This document shows positions 1 to 11,842 of a DNA stretch of 64,000 nucleotides, piece by piece (within the stretch, counting starts at the first letter, position 1; every line of letters starts with the position of its first letter). The translations under genes and the position numbers were made by a program. The notes under the pieces are model-generated. The model had not been told where the DNA came from, made no database searches, and saw only the letters and a list, made by a program, of their open reading frames with translations. Source of the DNA: Octopus sinensis (lineage: Eukaryota); assembly GCF_006345805.1 (NCBI RefSeq), contig NC_042997.1, positions 152,768,001-152,832,000 of the forward strand, in the 5' to 3' direction.

Positions 1-639
1 CAATTAATGCTGAGCTATTAAGATCTTTAACAAGCAAATGTCAATTATTTTCATTCAGAACCAATGAGACATATAACTCTGATGTCCCTGTCAGATTCAA
101 TTTATGGGTCAAAAAGCTTTGATATTTCTATAAGTAATCCATCAAACTCACCTAGATTGAAATTCTGAAATTCTACGCCTTATTTTGATTCATTCAATGC
201 AGAAGTTTTAAATATTACAGTTATCTGACTGTGAGTGTCAAAACAAATCTTAAAGTGAAGATTCTCGAGTTTAAATTGATTAACCATGTATTCTTAAGCA
301 AATTTTGTAAATATTTTCAAAATGAGCATTTGCTAACTTTTCAATTCTTCCGCATCTTCAGCATCTTTGTATATTTACATTCCATCTGAAAGAGATTTAC
401 TTTTTTAAGCACATTTTTCAATAGCGGGACATTTGGATGGTGCAAACGTCTATAACCCAACCAGTTTAGAACTATATGCACAAATGTTTCTATCTATATC
501 TAACAGGTTGATATAATAACCACGATCATAGTTGCCACCTATTTATTCAATAATCGGAAATTTAGAATATTTTCCAGATACTGAATGGTAGCATTAAGCT
601 TAGAAACAAATGACTGATGATAATCTAATGATTTTATGA

Positions 640-890
640 AATGCTCAGGTGTATTTGTCTTTGTGCCCCATCATCGCTTAACAACCGGTGTTGGTTTGGT
701 TATGTCCGCGTGACCTTGCAGTTCGGCAAAGCAGGCCGATAGAATAAATACCAAGCTTTACAAAGTTAGTACTGTAATGTGTGTGTGTGTGGGGGGGTTG
801 TCAATTCGTTCCACTAAAATCCTTCAAGCCGGTGCCCCAGCATTATCGCAATCAAATGACTCAAACAAGTGAAAGATGAAAGATGTAAGA
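640..890 (+). mobile_element. Degraded octopus tRNA-derived SINE (OR/OK-type), 3' half
   Basis: Matches the body seen in better copies at 11466, 44057 and 60262 (catcgcttaacaaccgg..gttcggcaaa..ccgatagaataa..ggtgccccagcat..caaatgactcaaacaag). Confidence 0.7.
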
Positions 891-1499
891 TACATAGAAA
901 TAATTATATGAGTAGACAGACTGCTACATAGATAAGTAGGGAGAGAAAGGTGAGTGCGTGTGCCTGTCTGTGTATGTGAGAGAGAGAGAGAGAGAGAGAG
1001 AGGGGAGGGAGAGTGATAGACCTTTATATACGAGGGCAATTATTCATTGAGTCCTTAAGAATTTTCCGACTGCACCTACTGTCAACAGTCATCGATGTCA
1101 TGATACTTGAAAAGTTTTTTCTAAAACCAGCGAACCATAAACATGAAACATCTAGAACAACATAACCGACCAATTCTCCAGAAATGTGCTTATACTAAAC
1201 GGGAAAACAATATTAATTAACAAACAAATAACTGGATGCCAGTTTCATCTAAGGAATAAACCATGAATGATTTTCACCCGCAGACAGAAACCTATGAGTC
1301 GAAGAAAATATGATTTGACACAGAAGTGTTTTGGAGATTGAATTCGAGAATAAAGAATAATTAATTAGTTATCCTGTTTTAAAGCCGAACACGAATGCTG
1401 GCTTCCTTTTACGTTTCTTCTTGTTTTTTTTTTCTTTAATGAAAATGATTAGTCAGCTAAACATGCACATGCACACGTAAAATCAGCTGCTCATACTAA

Positions 1500-1627
1500 C
1501 ACACAGATTCATACACACAAATAAACACACACATATGCACACGCACTCACTGATACACATATATATGTATGCGCGGGTATGTTTGTGTGTGTTTATACAT
1601 GCACATACGTATGTATGTCTGTATATG

Positions 1628-1661
<34 letters not shown>

Positions 1662-1694
1662 ATATATATAGATATATGTAATCATGCATGCATA

Positions 1695-1734
<40 letters not shown>

Positions 1735-1912
1735 ATATATATGTTTGTGTGCATATATATACGCGTGTATATATGTATATGTATATATATATGCATATAT
1801 ATACTATCCACTTATACATACATGAATATTTATATAGATATATACATACCCATACATATGCATGTGTGTATACACATAAACACATGTGTATATGTACATG
1901 TGTATATATATG

Positions 1913-1970
<58 letters not shown>

Positions 1971-1990
1971 TGGATCCTTTGTCATATATA
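1500..1990. repeat. Compound (CA)n/(TA)n microsatellite
   Basis: Direct reading; source of the IYIY ORFs. Confidence 0.95.
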
Positions 1991-2651
1991 TACACTATAC
2001 ACACAAATACATACATAAGACTCCTATAGGAGGAAAAAGAAACACCTGTAGGTTATTCGGATTTTCAGAGCACTTCAATAAAATAGAATAGGAAAATATG
2101 TTACAAAGAAAAGCTGTTAAGAAATAAAGAAAAGAAAACACTTTGCTGTATAAAACAGAAATATTTTAGTGTTGGAATATCAAGCCACTGGAAATAGCTC
2201 TTTATTATTTGAAAAGAAACTGTAAAATTTCAATGGAGAGAAATCAAAATCAATAAAAAAAAATCTACAAAGAAGTATTATATCATTTTTTCTAACAGTA
2301 ATTAAGAATATATTCTACTTAAATTCTCCTTTAAACTTATTTGAGTTTTCTCAAAAATTATATAATTTTTACAATAATAATTTTTTTAATATTTTGTGTT
2401 CAACAAAGAAATCAATTTAAATAGAACATTCAAATTATTTGTCGATTTTCAAATTTATCATGGGTATTATGTTTCAGTTTGTTGTGATTTAATTGCTTTA
2501 TTAATATTTTAACTGTTTTCAGATTCATAAAAATTAAAATAACCTGAAGGCTTATTGAGAGAGAGAGACGGAATATATTGCGAAGTTTATTATGAATAAC
2601 AGCTACCGCCTTAAGATGCATAAAACTCTCTCTTGATCTCGCTCTTTCCTC

Positions 2652-2859
<208 letters not shown>

Positions 2860-2861
<2 letters not shown>

Positions 2862-4275
2862 TAATCAATATAGGGTGGCAGAAAAAAATTTTGTAGAATT
2901 CTTTTTGCCACCAGCGGCCTAGTGGGAAAAAATTAATAGTCATAGACCATTTTTAAGTTCAACATCAACAATCAAGGAACGGCCATGATAGGCCATTCAC
3001 CCACTAGAAATAACAGCCAAAGCTTCAACCGCAAATAAAGATTAATTCCGTAAACAGGAGAAAATTTAAAAAACATTACCCTGTAATTTCTTGTACGATG
3101 CACCGTTTCATCTGCTGTTTAATGGTAAACTAACCTGATTAAATTAAATCAAGCCAATCTTCCATAGGCCCTCAGATTCTTCAGCAAGAAATAGCCAAGT
3201 CGGAACAGATATTTTCACGAGGCATTTCAAACCCTGCCAAGGTAATATCTGACCTAAAATTTTCAAATCGTCGCACTCGCGCCAAATTTATCGGCAGCAA
3301 ATAAATATAAGCCGTCGATTCCATTACGGAATTAACCAGAAAATTCATAATTAATCAATATAGGGTGGCAGAAAAAAATTTTGTAGAATTCTTTTTGCCA
3401 CCAGCGGCCTAGTGGGAAAAAATTAAATAGTCATAGACCATTTTTATGTTCAACATCAACAATCAAGGAACGGCCATGATAGGCCATTCACCCACTAGAA
3501 ATAACAGCCAAAGCTTCAACCGCAAATAAAGATTAATTCCGTAAACAGGAGAAAATTTAAAAAACATTTACCCTGTAATTTCTTGTACGATGCACCGTTT
3601 CATCTGCTGTTTAATGGTAAACTAACCTGATTAAATTAAATCAAGCCAATCTTCCATAGGCCCTCAGATTCTTCAGCAAGAAATAGCCAAGTCGGAACAG
3701 ATATTTTCACGAGGCATTTCAAACCCTGCCAAGGTAATATCTGACCTAAAATTTTCAAATCGTCGCACTCGCGCCAAATTTATCGGCAGGAAATAAATAT
3801 AAGCCGTCGATTCCATTACGGAATTAACCAGAAAATTCATAATTAATCAATATAGGGTGGCAGAAAAAAATTTTGTAGAATTCTTTTTGCCACCAGCGGC
3901 CTAGTGGGAAAAAATTAAATAGTCATAGACCATTTTTATGTTCAACATCAACAATCAAGGAACGGCCATGATAGGCCATTCACCCACTAGAAATAACAGC
4001 CAAAGCTTCAACCGCAAATAAAGATTAATTCCGTAAACAGGAGAAAATTTAAAAAACATTTACCCTGTAATTTCTTGTACGATGCACCGTTTCATCTGCT
4101 GTTTAATGGTAAACTAACCTGATTAAATTAAATCAAGCCAATCTTCCATTGGCCCTCAGATTCTTCAGCAAGAAATAGCCAAGTCGGAACAGATATTTTC
4201 ACGAGGCATTTCAAACCCTGCCAAGGTAATATCTGACCTAAAATTTTCAAATCGTCGCACTCGCGCCAAATTTAT
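2860..4275 (+). repeat. Left arm: ~2.9 head-to-tail copies of a ~490 bp unit
   Basis: ttaatcaatatagggtggcag starts at 2861, 3351 and 3843 (periods 490 and 492); copies differ at only a few positions. Confidence 0.97.
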
Positions 4276-4281
4276 TTATTT

Positions 4282-5690
4282 ATTTTTTTCTGCCACCCTA
4301 TATTGATTAATTATGAATTTTCTGGTTAATTCCGTAATGGAATCGACGGCTTATATTTATTTGCTGCCGATAAATTTGGCGCGAGTGCGACGATTTGAAA
4401 ATTTTAGGTCAGATATTACCTTGGCAGGGTTTGAAATGCCTCGTGAAAATATCTGTTCCGACTTGGCTATTTCTTGCTGAAGAATCTGAGGGCCTATGGA
4501 AGATTGGCTTGATTTAATTTAATCAGGTTAGTTTACCATTAAACAGCAGATGAAACGGTGCATCGTACAAGAAATTACAGGGTAAATGTTTTTTAAATTT
4601 TTTAAATATTCTCCTGTTTACGGAATTAATCTTTATTTGCGGTTGAAGCTTTGGCTGTTATTTCTAGTGGGTGAATGGCCTATCATGGCCGTTCCTTGAT
4701 TGTTGATGTTGAACTTAAAAATGGTCTATGACTATTTAATTTTTTCCCACTAGGCCGCTGGTGGCAAAAAGAATTCTACAAAATTTTTTTCTGCCACCCT
4801 ATATTGATTAATTATGAATTTTCTGGTTAATTCCGTAATGGAATCGACGGCTTATATTTATTTGCTGCCGATAAATTTGGCGCGAGTGCGACGATTTGAA
4901 AATTTTAGGTCAGATATTACCTTGGCAGGGTTTGAAATGCCTCGTGAAAATATCTGTTCCGACTTGGCTATTTCTTGCTGAAGAATCTGAGGGCCTATGG
5001 AAGATTGGCTTGATTTAATTTAATCAGGTTAGTTTACCATTAAACAGCAGATGAAACGGTGCATCGTACAAGAAATTACAGGGTAAATGTTTTTTAAATA
5101 TTCTCCTGTTTACGGAATTAATCTTTATTTGCGGTTGAAGCTTTGGCTGTTATTTCTAGTGGGTGAATGGCCTATCATGGCCGTTCCTTGATTGTTGATG
5201 TTGAACTTAAAAATGGTCTATGACTATTTAATTTTTTCCCACTAGGCCGCTGGTGGCAAAAAGAATTCTACAAAATTTTTTTCTGCCACCCTATATTGAT
5301 TAATTATGAATTTTCTGGTTAATTCCGTAATGGAATCGACGGCTTATATTATTTGCTGCCGATAAATTTGGCGCGAGTGCGACGATTTGAAAATTTTAGG
5401 TCAGATATTACCTTGGCAGGGTTTGAAATGCCTCGTGAAAATATCTGTTCCGACTTGGCTATTTCTTGCTGAAGAATCTGAGGGCCTATGGAAGATTGGC
5501 TTGATTTAATTTAATCAGGTTAGTTTACCATTAGACAGCAGATGAAACGGTGCATCGTACAAGAAATTACAGGGTAAATGTTTTTTAAATTTTCTCCTGT
5601 TTACGGAATTAATCTTTATTTGCGGTTGAAGCTTTGGCTGTTATTTCTAGTGGGTGAATGGCCTATCATGGCCGTTCCTTGATTGTTGAT
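4282..5690 (-). repeat. Right arm: ~2.9 inverted copies of the same unit
   Basis: ctgccaccctatattgattaa at 4290, 4791 and 5283 is the reverse complement of the unit start; the arm ends at gattgttgat (5690), followed by (AT)n. Confidence 0.97.
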
Positions 5691-5759
5691 ATATATATAT
5701 ATATATATATAATGCAAGTATATATTACATAATTTATGTATATACGTATATATACATGC

Positions 5760-5878
<119 letters not shown>

Positions 5879-6351
5879 ACGGACAATTGTAATCGGAATC
5901 GAGGTAGCAGTTGATTGTAGGAAAATATATATATGCTAGTGTAATTGAATACCTTTTTTACCCACGCGACATGTCAGAAGCAATTTATACTTAGGTATTA
6001 TATATTTTTGGAACATTCAATACACTTATGGATCGCCATCTGTGCGTCATACAAAATGTATATATAGCGTTAAAAACGCGGGATGCTGTGGGATGGTCCG
6101 TGATAAAATCTTTTCGTAGATTTAATGTGTTCAGAAAATAATATCTATCTTCGTGAAACGAACATCAACGTTGCAGTGACTCGCGAGAATGAAAAACGCC
6201 CTTCGTTTTCACTTGAATCTTGCCAATGCCGTATAACAGTTTGTTACCAGCTTGAACGAAATTCGTGTTTCGATATACATGTAAGAAGGAACAAAAGTCA
6301 GAGTCGGTGAGTGATCTGCGGGTTCACATGATGGCAATGCTGTGCAGGTGA

Positions 6352-6785
6352 GTGGCTGGTTGGATTCTGCGGTCATTCAGAACCAGTAAAGCCCTACTAC
6401 TCCTGTGGAAGACTTTCGTTTTCAACTGCTTGGACTACTGCTCCCAATTATGGTCCCCAGAGAGTGTGAAACAAACTATGGAACTCGGAGCAATCCAGCG
6501 CCAATACACAAAGAAGATTGACTCGATGCAAAAAATCGGCATCTGGAAGAGGTTAAAAGATCCGAGTCTCTATTCCTTGGAGAGAAGACGAGAGAGATAT
6601 GCGGTGATATATATCTTGGAGGGTTCGTCGCCCAATTTTGGAATTGACAGCCATACCAATCCTCAAACTGCATCATACCAAAGATCCCGTCTTCCCCATC
6701 TAAAATAAGGACACAGTACTGTAATAGTCTGGGTTTCAAAGGCCCACAATTGTTCAGACTTGATAGAAATAAGGATATTGGAGTA
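6352..6785 (+). mobile_element. CR1-group LINE ORF2 C-terminal relic
   Basis: Translation AGWILRSF..LLLWKTFV..LDYCSQLWSP..IQRQYTKKI..LYSLERRRERY is typical of the CR1/L2 post-RT region; frameshifted. Confidence 0.85.
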
Positions 6786-6974
6786 TTATGCATGAAGATA
6801 CTCTTATATCAAGCTTCATGCGATATTTTTTACTTATATTCTTTAAGATGGATTTCCTCAGTATGTACACCTATATGCATAATATACGTTATTATACCAG
6901 CTATTGACTGCATCATAATATATCATAATAATAAGTATTCTAGTTGTTTACAAATATTAGATATAACTATTTCG

Positions 6975-6987
6975 ATATATATATATG

Positions 6988-7070
<83 letters not shown>

Positions 7071-7084
7071 GTATATATATAGGT

Positions 7085-7132
<48 letters not shown>

Positions 7133-7340
7133 ATCTGTGTAGTATATATATATCTATATATCTATATGTATATATATATATAATATATATATATATATCT
7201 TATATGTGTATATATAGATAAATATACAAACGTATATATATATACATATTTATATGCATATATTTATACATTTATACGCGTATGTGTGCGTAAGTGTGTG
7301 TATGTGTCTGTGTATGCATATATTATATATATATATATGA
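6975..7340. repeat. (TA)n/(TG)n compound microsatellite
   Basis: Direct reading. Confidence 0.95.
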
Positions 7341-7689
7341 ATTACATATGAATGTGTGTGCGTATGCGTGCGTTTGTTAATGTGTGCCTGTGTACTTCCA
7401 ATGCTCACTTTATCTCTCACAGGTACTATACATCATCATTACTTACAAATATACGCGAACACATACACACACCCTCAAACAATACAAGTATTTACTTAAA
7501 CGCATCTTCACACTCAAACATATGCATACATTGTGAGTATTGTGTATCTGTACACGTTTCATTTCATACATGTCATAAACAAGTGTAACGTTGACCTTTT
7601 CTTAGTAAAAATTAAATTGAAATTAGTATTACTTATTTTACTCTAAATGTTACGTCGTTCATGAAATCTACGCACAGAATGAACTTTAT

Positions 7690-7923
7690 GTATTCGGTTA
7701 GGGCAGCGGACTCGCGGTCGCAGGATCGCGGTTTCGATTCTCAGACCGGGCGTTGTGTGTGTTTATTGAGCGAAAACACCTAAAAAAAAAAAAAAAGCTC
7801 TACGAGGCTCCGGCAGGGGGTGGTGATCCCTGCTGTACTCTTTCACCACAATGGCGGTGCCCCAGCATGGCCACAGCTCAAGAGCTGAAACTGGAAAAAC
7901 AAAAACAAAAACAAAAAAACAAA
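7690..7923 (+). mobile_element. tRNA-derived SINE with A-rich tail
   Basis: A-box-like ggttagggcagcgg, B-box-like ggtttcgattc, shared ggcggtgcccagcatggcc segment, tail aaaaacaaaaacaaaaaac. Confidence 0.7.
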
Positions 7924-7927
7924 TATG

Positions 7928-9122
7928 TTGGGTTGTCCGGAAAGTTCGTGGCGATTTTTAAAGGAAAGAAAAAGGTCAATAAATACTTGCCATTACATTT
8001 TTAATCAACCAAATATGAACCATTTTGTTGCACAATGCGTCTCCGCCTTTCCTTTAACTTGAAAATACCCTCTTCCCAGAATTCAGGCGGCTTCATAGCA
8101 AAGAATTCATCAAGGTATCTTTTTACGTCATCTAAGGAATTGAAATTTTTACAATTAAGACTATTCTGCAGAGACCTGAATAAGTGGAAATCCGAAAGAG
8201 CAATATCTGGTGAATATGGAGGGTGGGGTAACACATCCCAGCCGAGCTGCAGCATTTTTTTGTCTGGTTCCCAAAGAAACGTGCGGTCTTGCATTATCAT
8301 GTTGGAAAACAACACCCTTCCTGTTGGTCAAATCTGGACGTTTCTCTTGAATTGCTGCTTTTAACTCGTCCAGTTGTGTGTAGTATTTCTCAGGACTAAT
8401 TGTCTGGTTACTTGGGAGAAGCTCATAGTACAGAATTCCTTTCTAATCCCAACAGAATATTTCGGTAGATAATCCATTTCTCATCACCTGTCACAATTTG
8501 CTTTAAAAAAGGCGCGTTTTCATTCCATTTCTAAAGCAAATCACAGATGGAAATGCGATCCAAAAGGTTCTTCTCACTCAACTCATGTGGTACACAAACA
8601 TCGTAGCGATTTCTCTACCCAAGCTTTACCAGGTGCTCATGAACGACGGATCTTTGTAGGTTGAGGCTTTCTGACAATTCTCGGGTTGTGTAATGTGGGT
8701 TATTCTCAATTAATGACTTGATTTGGTCATCATCTGTAGTGGATGGTCTGCCTGATTGCTCTTTATCAATAAGGCTACAATCTCCAGCTCTGAACCTTGC
8801 GAACCACTTCCGTACAATTCTTTCGGATAAAGAAACATCACCGTAAACTGTTCATATTTCTTTGGCTGCTTGTGAAGCATTTTCCCTTTGCGGAAAAAGA
8901 AAAGCATCAAGTGCCGAAAATGAACTTTCTTATCTTCCATTTTAAAGGGTTACAGAATTAACACAGGTTATAGGAACATAAACCTTCTTCAACGAAAAGA
9001 TAGCTTAAACCGTGCTCTAAATGGAGGTGTAGTCAAATCCTATTTTATGCACTCAACCATGTTCTAAAATAAGTCGAAAGGTAAGCTACTATAAATCGGC
9101 ACGAACTTTCCGGACAACCGAA
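7928..9122 (-). mobile_element. Near full-length mariner (DD34D, mellifera/capitata-like), inactivated
   Basis: TIRs ttgggttgtccggaaagttcgtggcgattt and rc of aaatcggcacgaactttccggacaaccgaa; TA at 9123-9124, TG at the left end. Transposase runs MEDKKVHFRH (8940), IVTGDEKWIIY, HDNARPH, HPPYSPDIALSDFHLFRSLQNSL to its end at 8001. Internal deletion after YRN, plus frameshifts. Confidence 0.95.
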
Positions 9123-10422
9123 TACTTTCAGTGCCTTCAACGGTGGTTCTAGTTTGCGTACTGCCAGTAAGTAATGCTAGAATGTACTACAGACTATAGC
9201 TATAGGTTTCTGTTAATGCTGTAATAGGTTAGCGAGAAAGTCCGTCTGTTTTTGTTTTTTTTTAAAGTGAAAATAAAGCATGTTTTTATCACGAAGTGAT
9301 TTATTCATTTAATGATATATTTACCGTTTCTATCCAATGTCTTTCGCCATCGTGTTAGCAGATGCATTTTTCCCTCTCAAAGAATTTCATTTCTTTTCTA
9401 GTATTTCTGCATTATGACTAAACTTTTTTCGAGTGTGTCCATCATTGATTGAAAGCAGTCGAACTGATTTGGGTTGATGGTGGTGCTGTTATATCTCACA
9501 TGTCTAGTGCCTTCACAGAGGTTTCCTTTCATTGGCTTGAAAGCAATTTTGTTACTGTTATGTATTCCCAGAATAATCATAGTGAAATAAAACTAGTGAC
9601 AGCTTTTCAATCCTGATAGCCCTGTTATTTGTAAAGCAAAGTATAATGTTCAATATAGCTTTAATTGAAGACATTTCTTCAAGTATATTTGCCGATTTTT
9701 TAGAATATCGGTTGCTAGTTTTTAGGAGGCTGAGCGACTATGTTTTAGCGACTATATTTAATAAACTTATCGGCACATGAAATATTCTCTCTATTCCTTT
9801 TACTCCATTTGTTTTCATTTCTTCTCATACCTCTTTTACTCAATGTTAATTTCAGATTCATATTTTCGGAGTAGATAGCTGAACTGAAAGTCTAGTTTGT
9901 TGATCGACTGCCTTCACACTACACACCCGTGTGGGTGTGTGTGTGGAAAGATGGTTGGTCGGATATACGTGAATGTGTATATATTTGTGTGTATATGTGA
10001 GAGAGAGTAAAACTGTATTGACAGTATAAATATATAATTATATTATTAAAGTTGTCTTATGCTCGCTATGAGAACATGAAGTCCCTCTCTAAGCCACTTT
10101 CAGAAATGATGTTTAAACAGATTTACGATAATGCATTAAAAAATTTAAAAACGAATATAATTGTTTGCTATCTTTCTTTGTATATTAAAAGCAATCTTGT
10201 TCGTGATAATTCATAAATTTTTCAAGAGTTTTATTAAGGCTTATGTTACATTACATAGATTTTTATTCTATCTCAATTGTGTATTAAAAAACTGCAAATA
10301 TATATAAGCATTTTTCCGAATTGATTGAAAGTACTATAAAATATAGACTTTGTTCTCAAATCATATTGAATACGTCAGCGAAAACGTATAGCTTTTCTTT
10401 ACTGAATGCTTTAATCTCAATA

Positions 10423-10623
<201 letters not shown>

Positions 10624-11314
10624 GGAGCACAAAACGTCTAACATAAAGAATCTCATATCTTTCAAAATAACACCTGTTTTCTTTTTCCAAATGTTCAATA
10701 ATCTGAAACACAGCTATAAACATTTTCTCTTTATTTCTGCTTTTTCACTGATATATTTTTCACTGTTGGTGTTGTTTTTTCTGAATACTGACAACAGACA
10801 ATATTACGAATATTTTAATTCAAATATCAGATTTCTTATACACGCAGAATAGCAATGGTTGCTAGTTTCGCTAGATCACTAGATTACACACTTCTAGTTT
10901 GATTTTTCAGTCAATAATATAAATGAACCTATCCGCATATTTGATATCTCCGAAGAAATTAATCTAGCTGAACTTGACATAGCCTTTATCTCTCCCAACT
11001 ATTTCATAAAAATTGCATTTCAGCTCACTCAATCATTTCTAAAAATTGTCAATATGGTTATTCTTTTTATTTTTTTTCTTCTAAACAAAGGCTGGTGCCT
11101 GCTACAAAATACAAGAGACGTATGTTATAAGTTAGTCATTTACGTAAGCAGGAAGCGAATTTTGTCTTTTAACTCTCTCCAAAATTTACAGTTGTTACTC
11201 TTATCAGTCGAGCCACCGCGATATATGTGTAATACCGAAATAGGCAGACATAAATACATATTATATATGTGTGCGTATCTGTGTGTGTATATACACGTGT
11301 ACACACAATCATAA

Positions 11315-11384
<70 letters not shown>

Positions 11385-11465
11385 GTACATACTTATATAT
11401 GTATATATATATAAATTATTTATATATGTATGCTATATATTATATATTATATATATAAATTATTT

Positions 11466-11635
11466 ATTACATAGGCACAGGAGTGGCTGTGTGGTAAATA
11501 GCTTGCTTACCAGCCACATGGTTCCGAGTTCATTTCCACTGCGTGGCATATTGGGCAAGTGTCTTCTACTGTAGCCTTGGGCCAACCAAAGCCTTGTGAG
11601 TGGATTTGGTAGACGGAAACTGAAAAAAACCCGAC

Positions 11636-11678
<43 letters not shown>

Positions 11679-11842
11679 CATATGTGTGTATGTGCGTGTG
11701 TGTGTGTATATATTTGTGTGTCTGTGTTTGCCCCTTCTCCAACATCGCTTGACAACCGATGCTGGGTGTGTTTACGTCCCCGTAACTTAGCGGTTCGGCA
11801 AAAGAGACCGATAGAAGAAGTACTAGGCTTACAAAGAATGTC
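11466..11842 (+). mobile_element. Octopus tRNA-derived SINE with internal (TA)n/(TG)n, 3'-interrupted by the Gypsy LTR
   Basis: Head gcacaggagtggctgtgtggtaa..ggttccgagttcatttccactgcgtggc; body matches the copy at 60262-60659 (rc). Confidence 0.85.

Noticed and set aside
1483-2091. Numerous ORFs of the IYIYIY, CVCV, NNNN or LLLL type here and throughout the window
   Set aside because: They are translations of stop-free microsatellite frames with no protein signal.
4477-4510. Hammerhead-like CTGAAGA followed by an aatct/agatt stem in the repeat unit (retrozyme idea)
   Set aside because: The required GAAA after stem II is absent (TGGC follows), and no stems I/III with a cleavage triplet were found by eye.
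6307-6353. Two GTGAGT donor-like sites after a CpG-rich stretch (possible first exon on +)
   Set aside because: The second site overlaps the CR1 fragment edge; there is no ORF or downstream exon support.
7690-7752. Possible tRNA gene
   Set aside because: No acceptor-stem pairing; it continues into a SINE body and A-rich tail.
10630-10710. Minus-strand acceptor followed by IIEHLEKENR.. (possible exon)
   Set aside because: No convincing donor, the frame runs into the TAA tract, and there is no homology.
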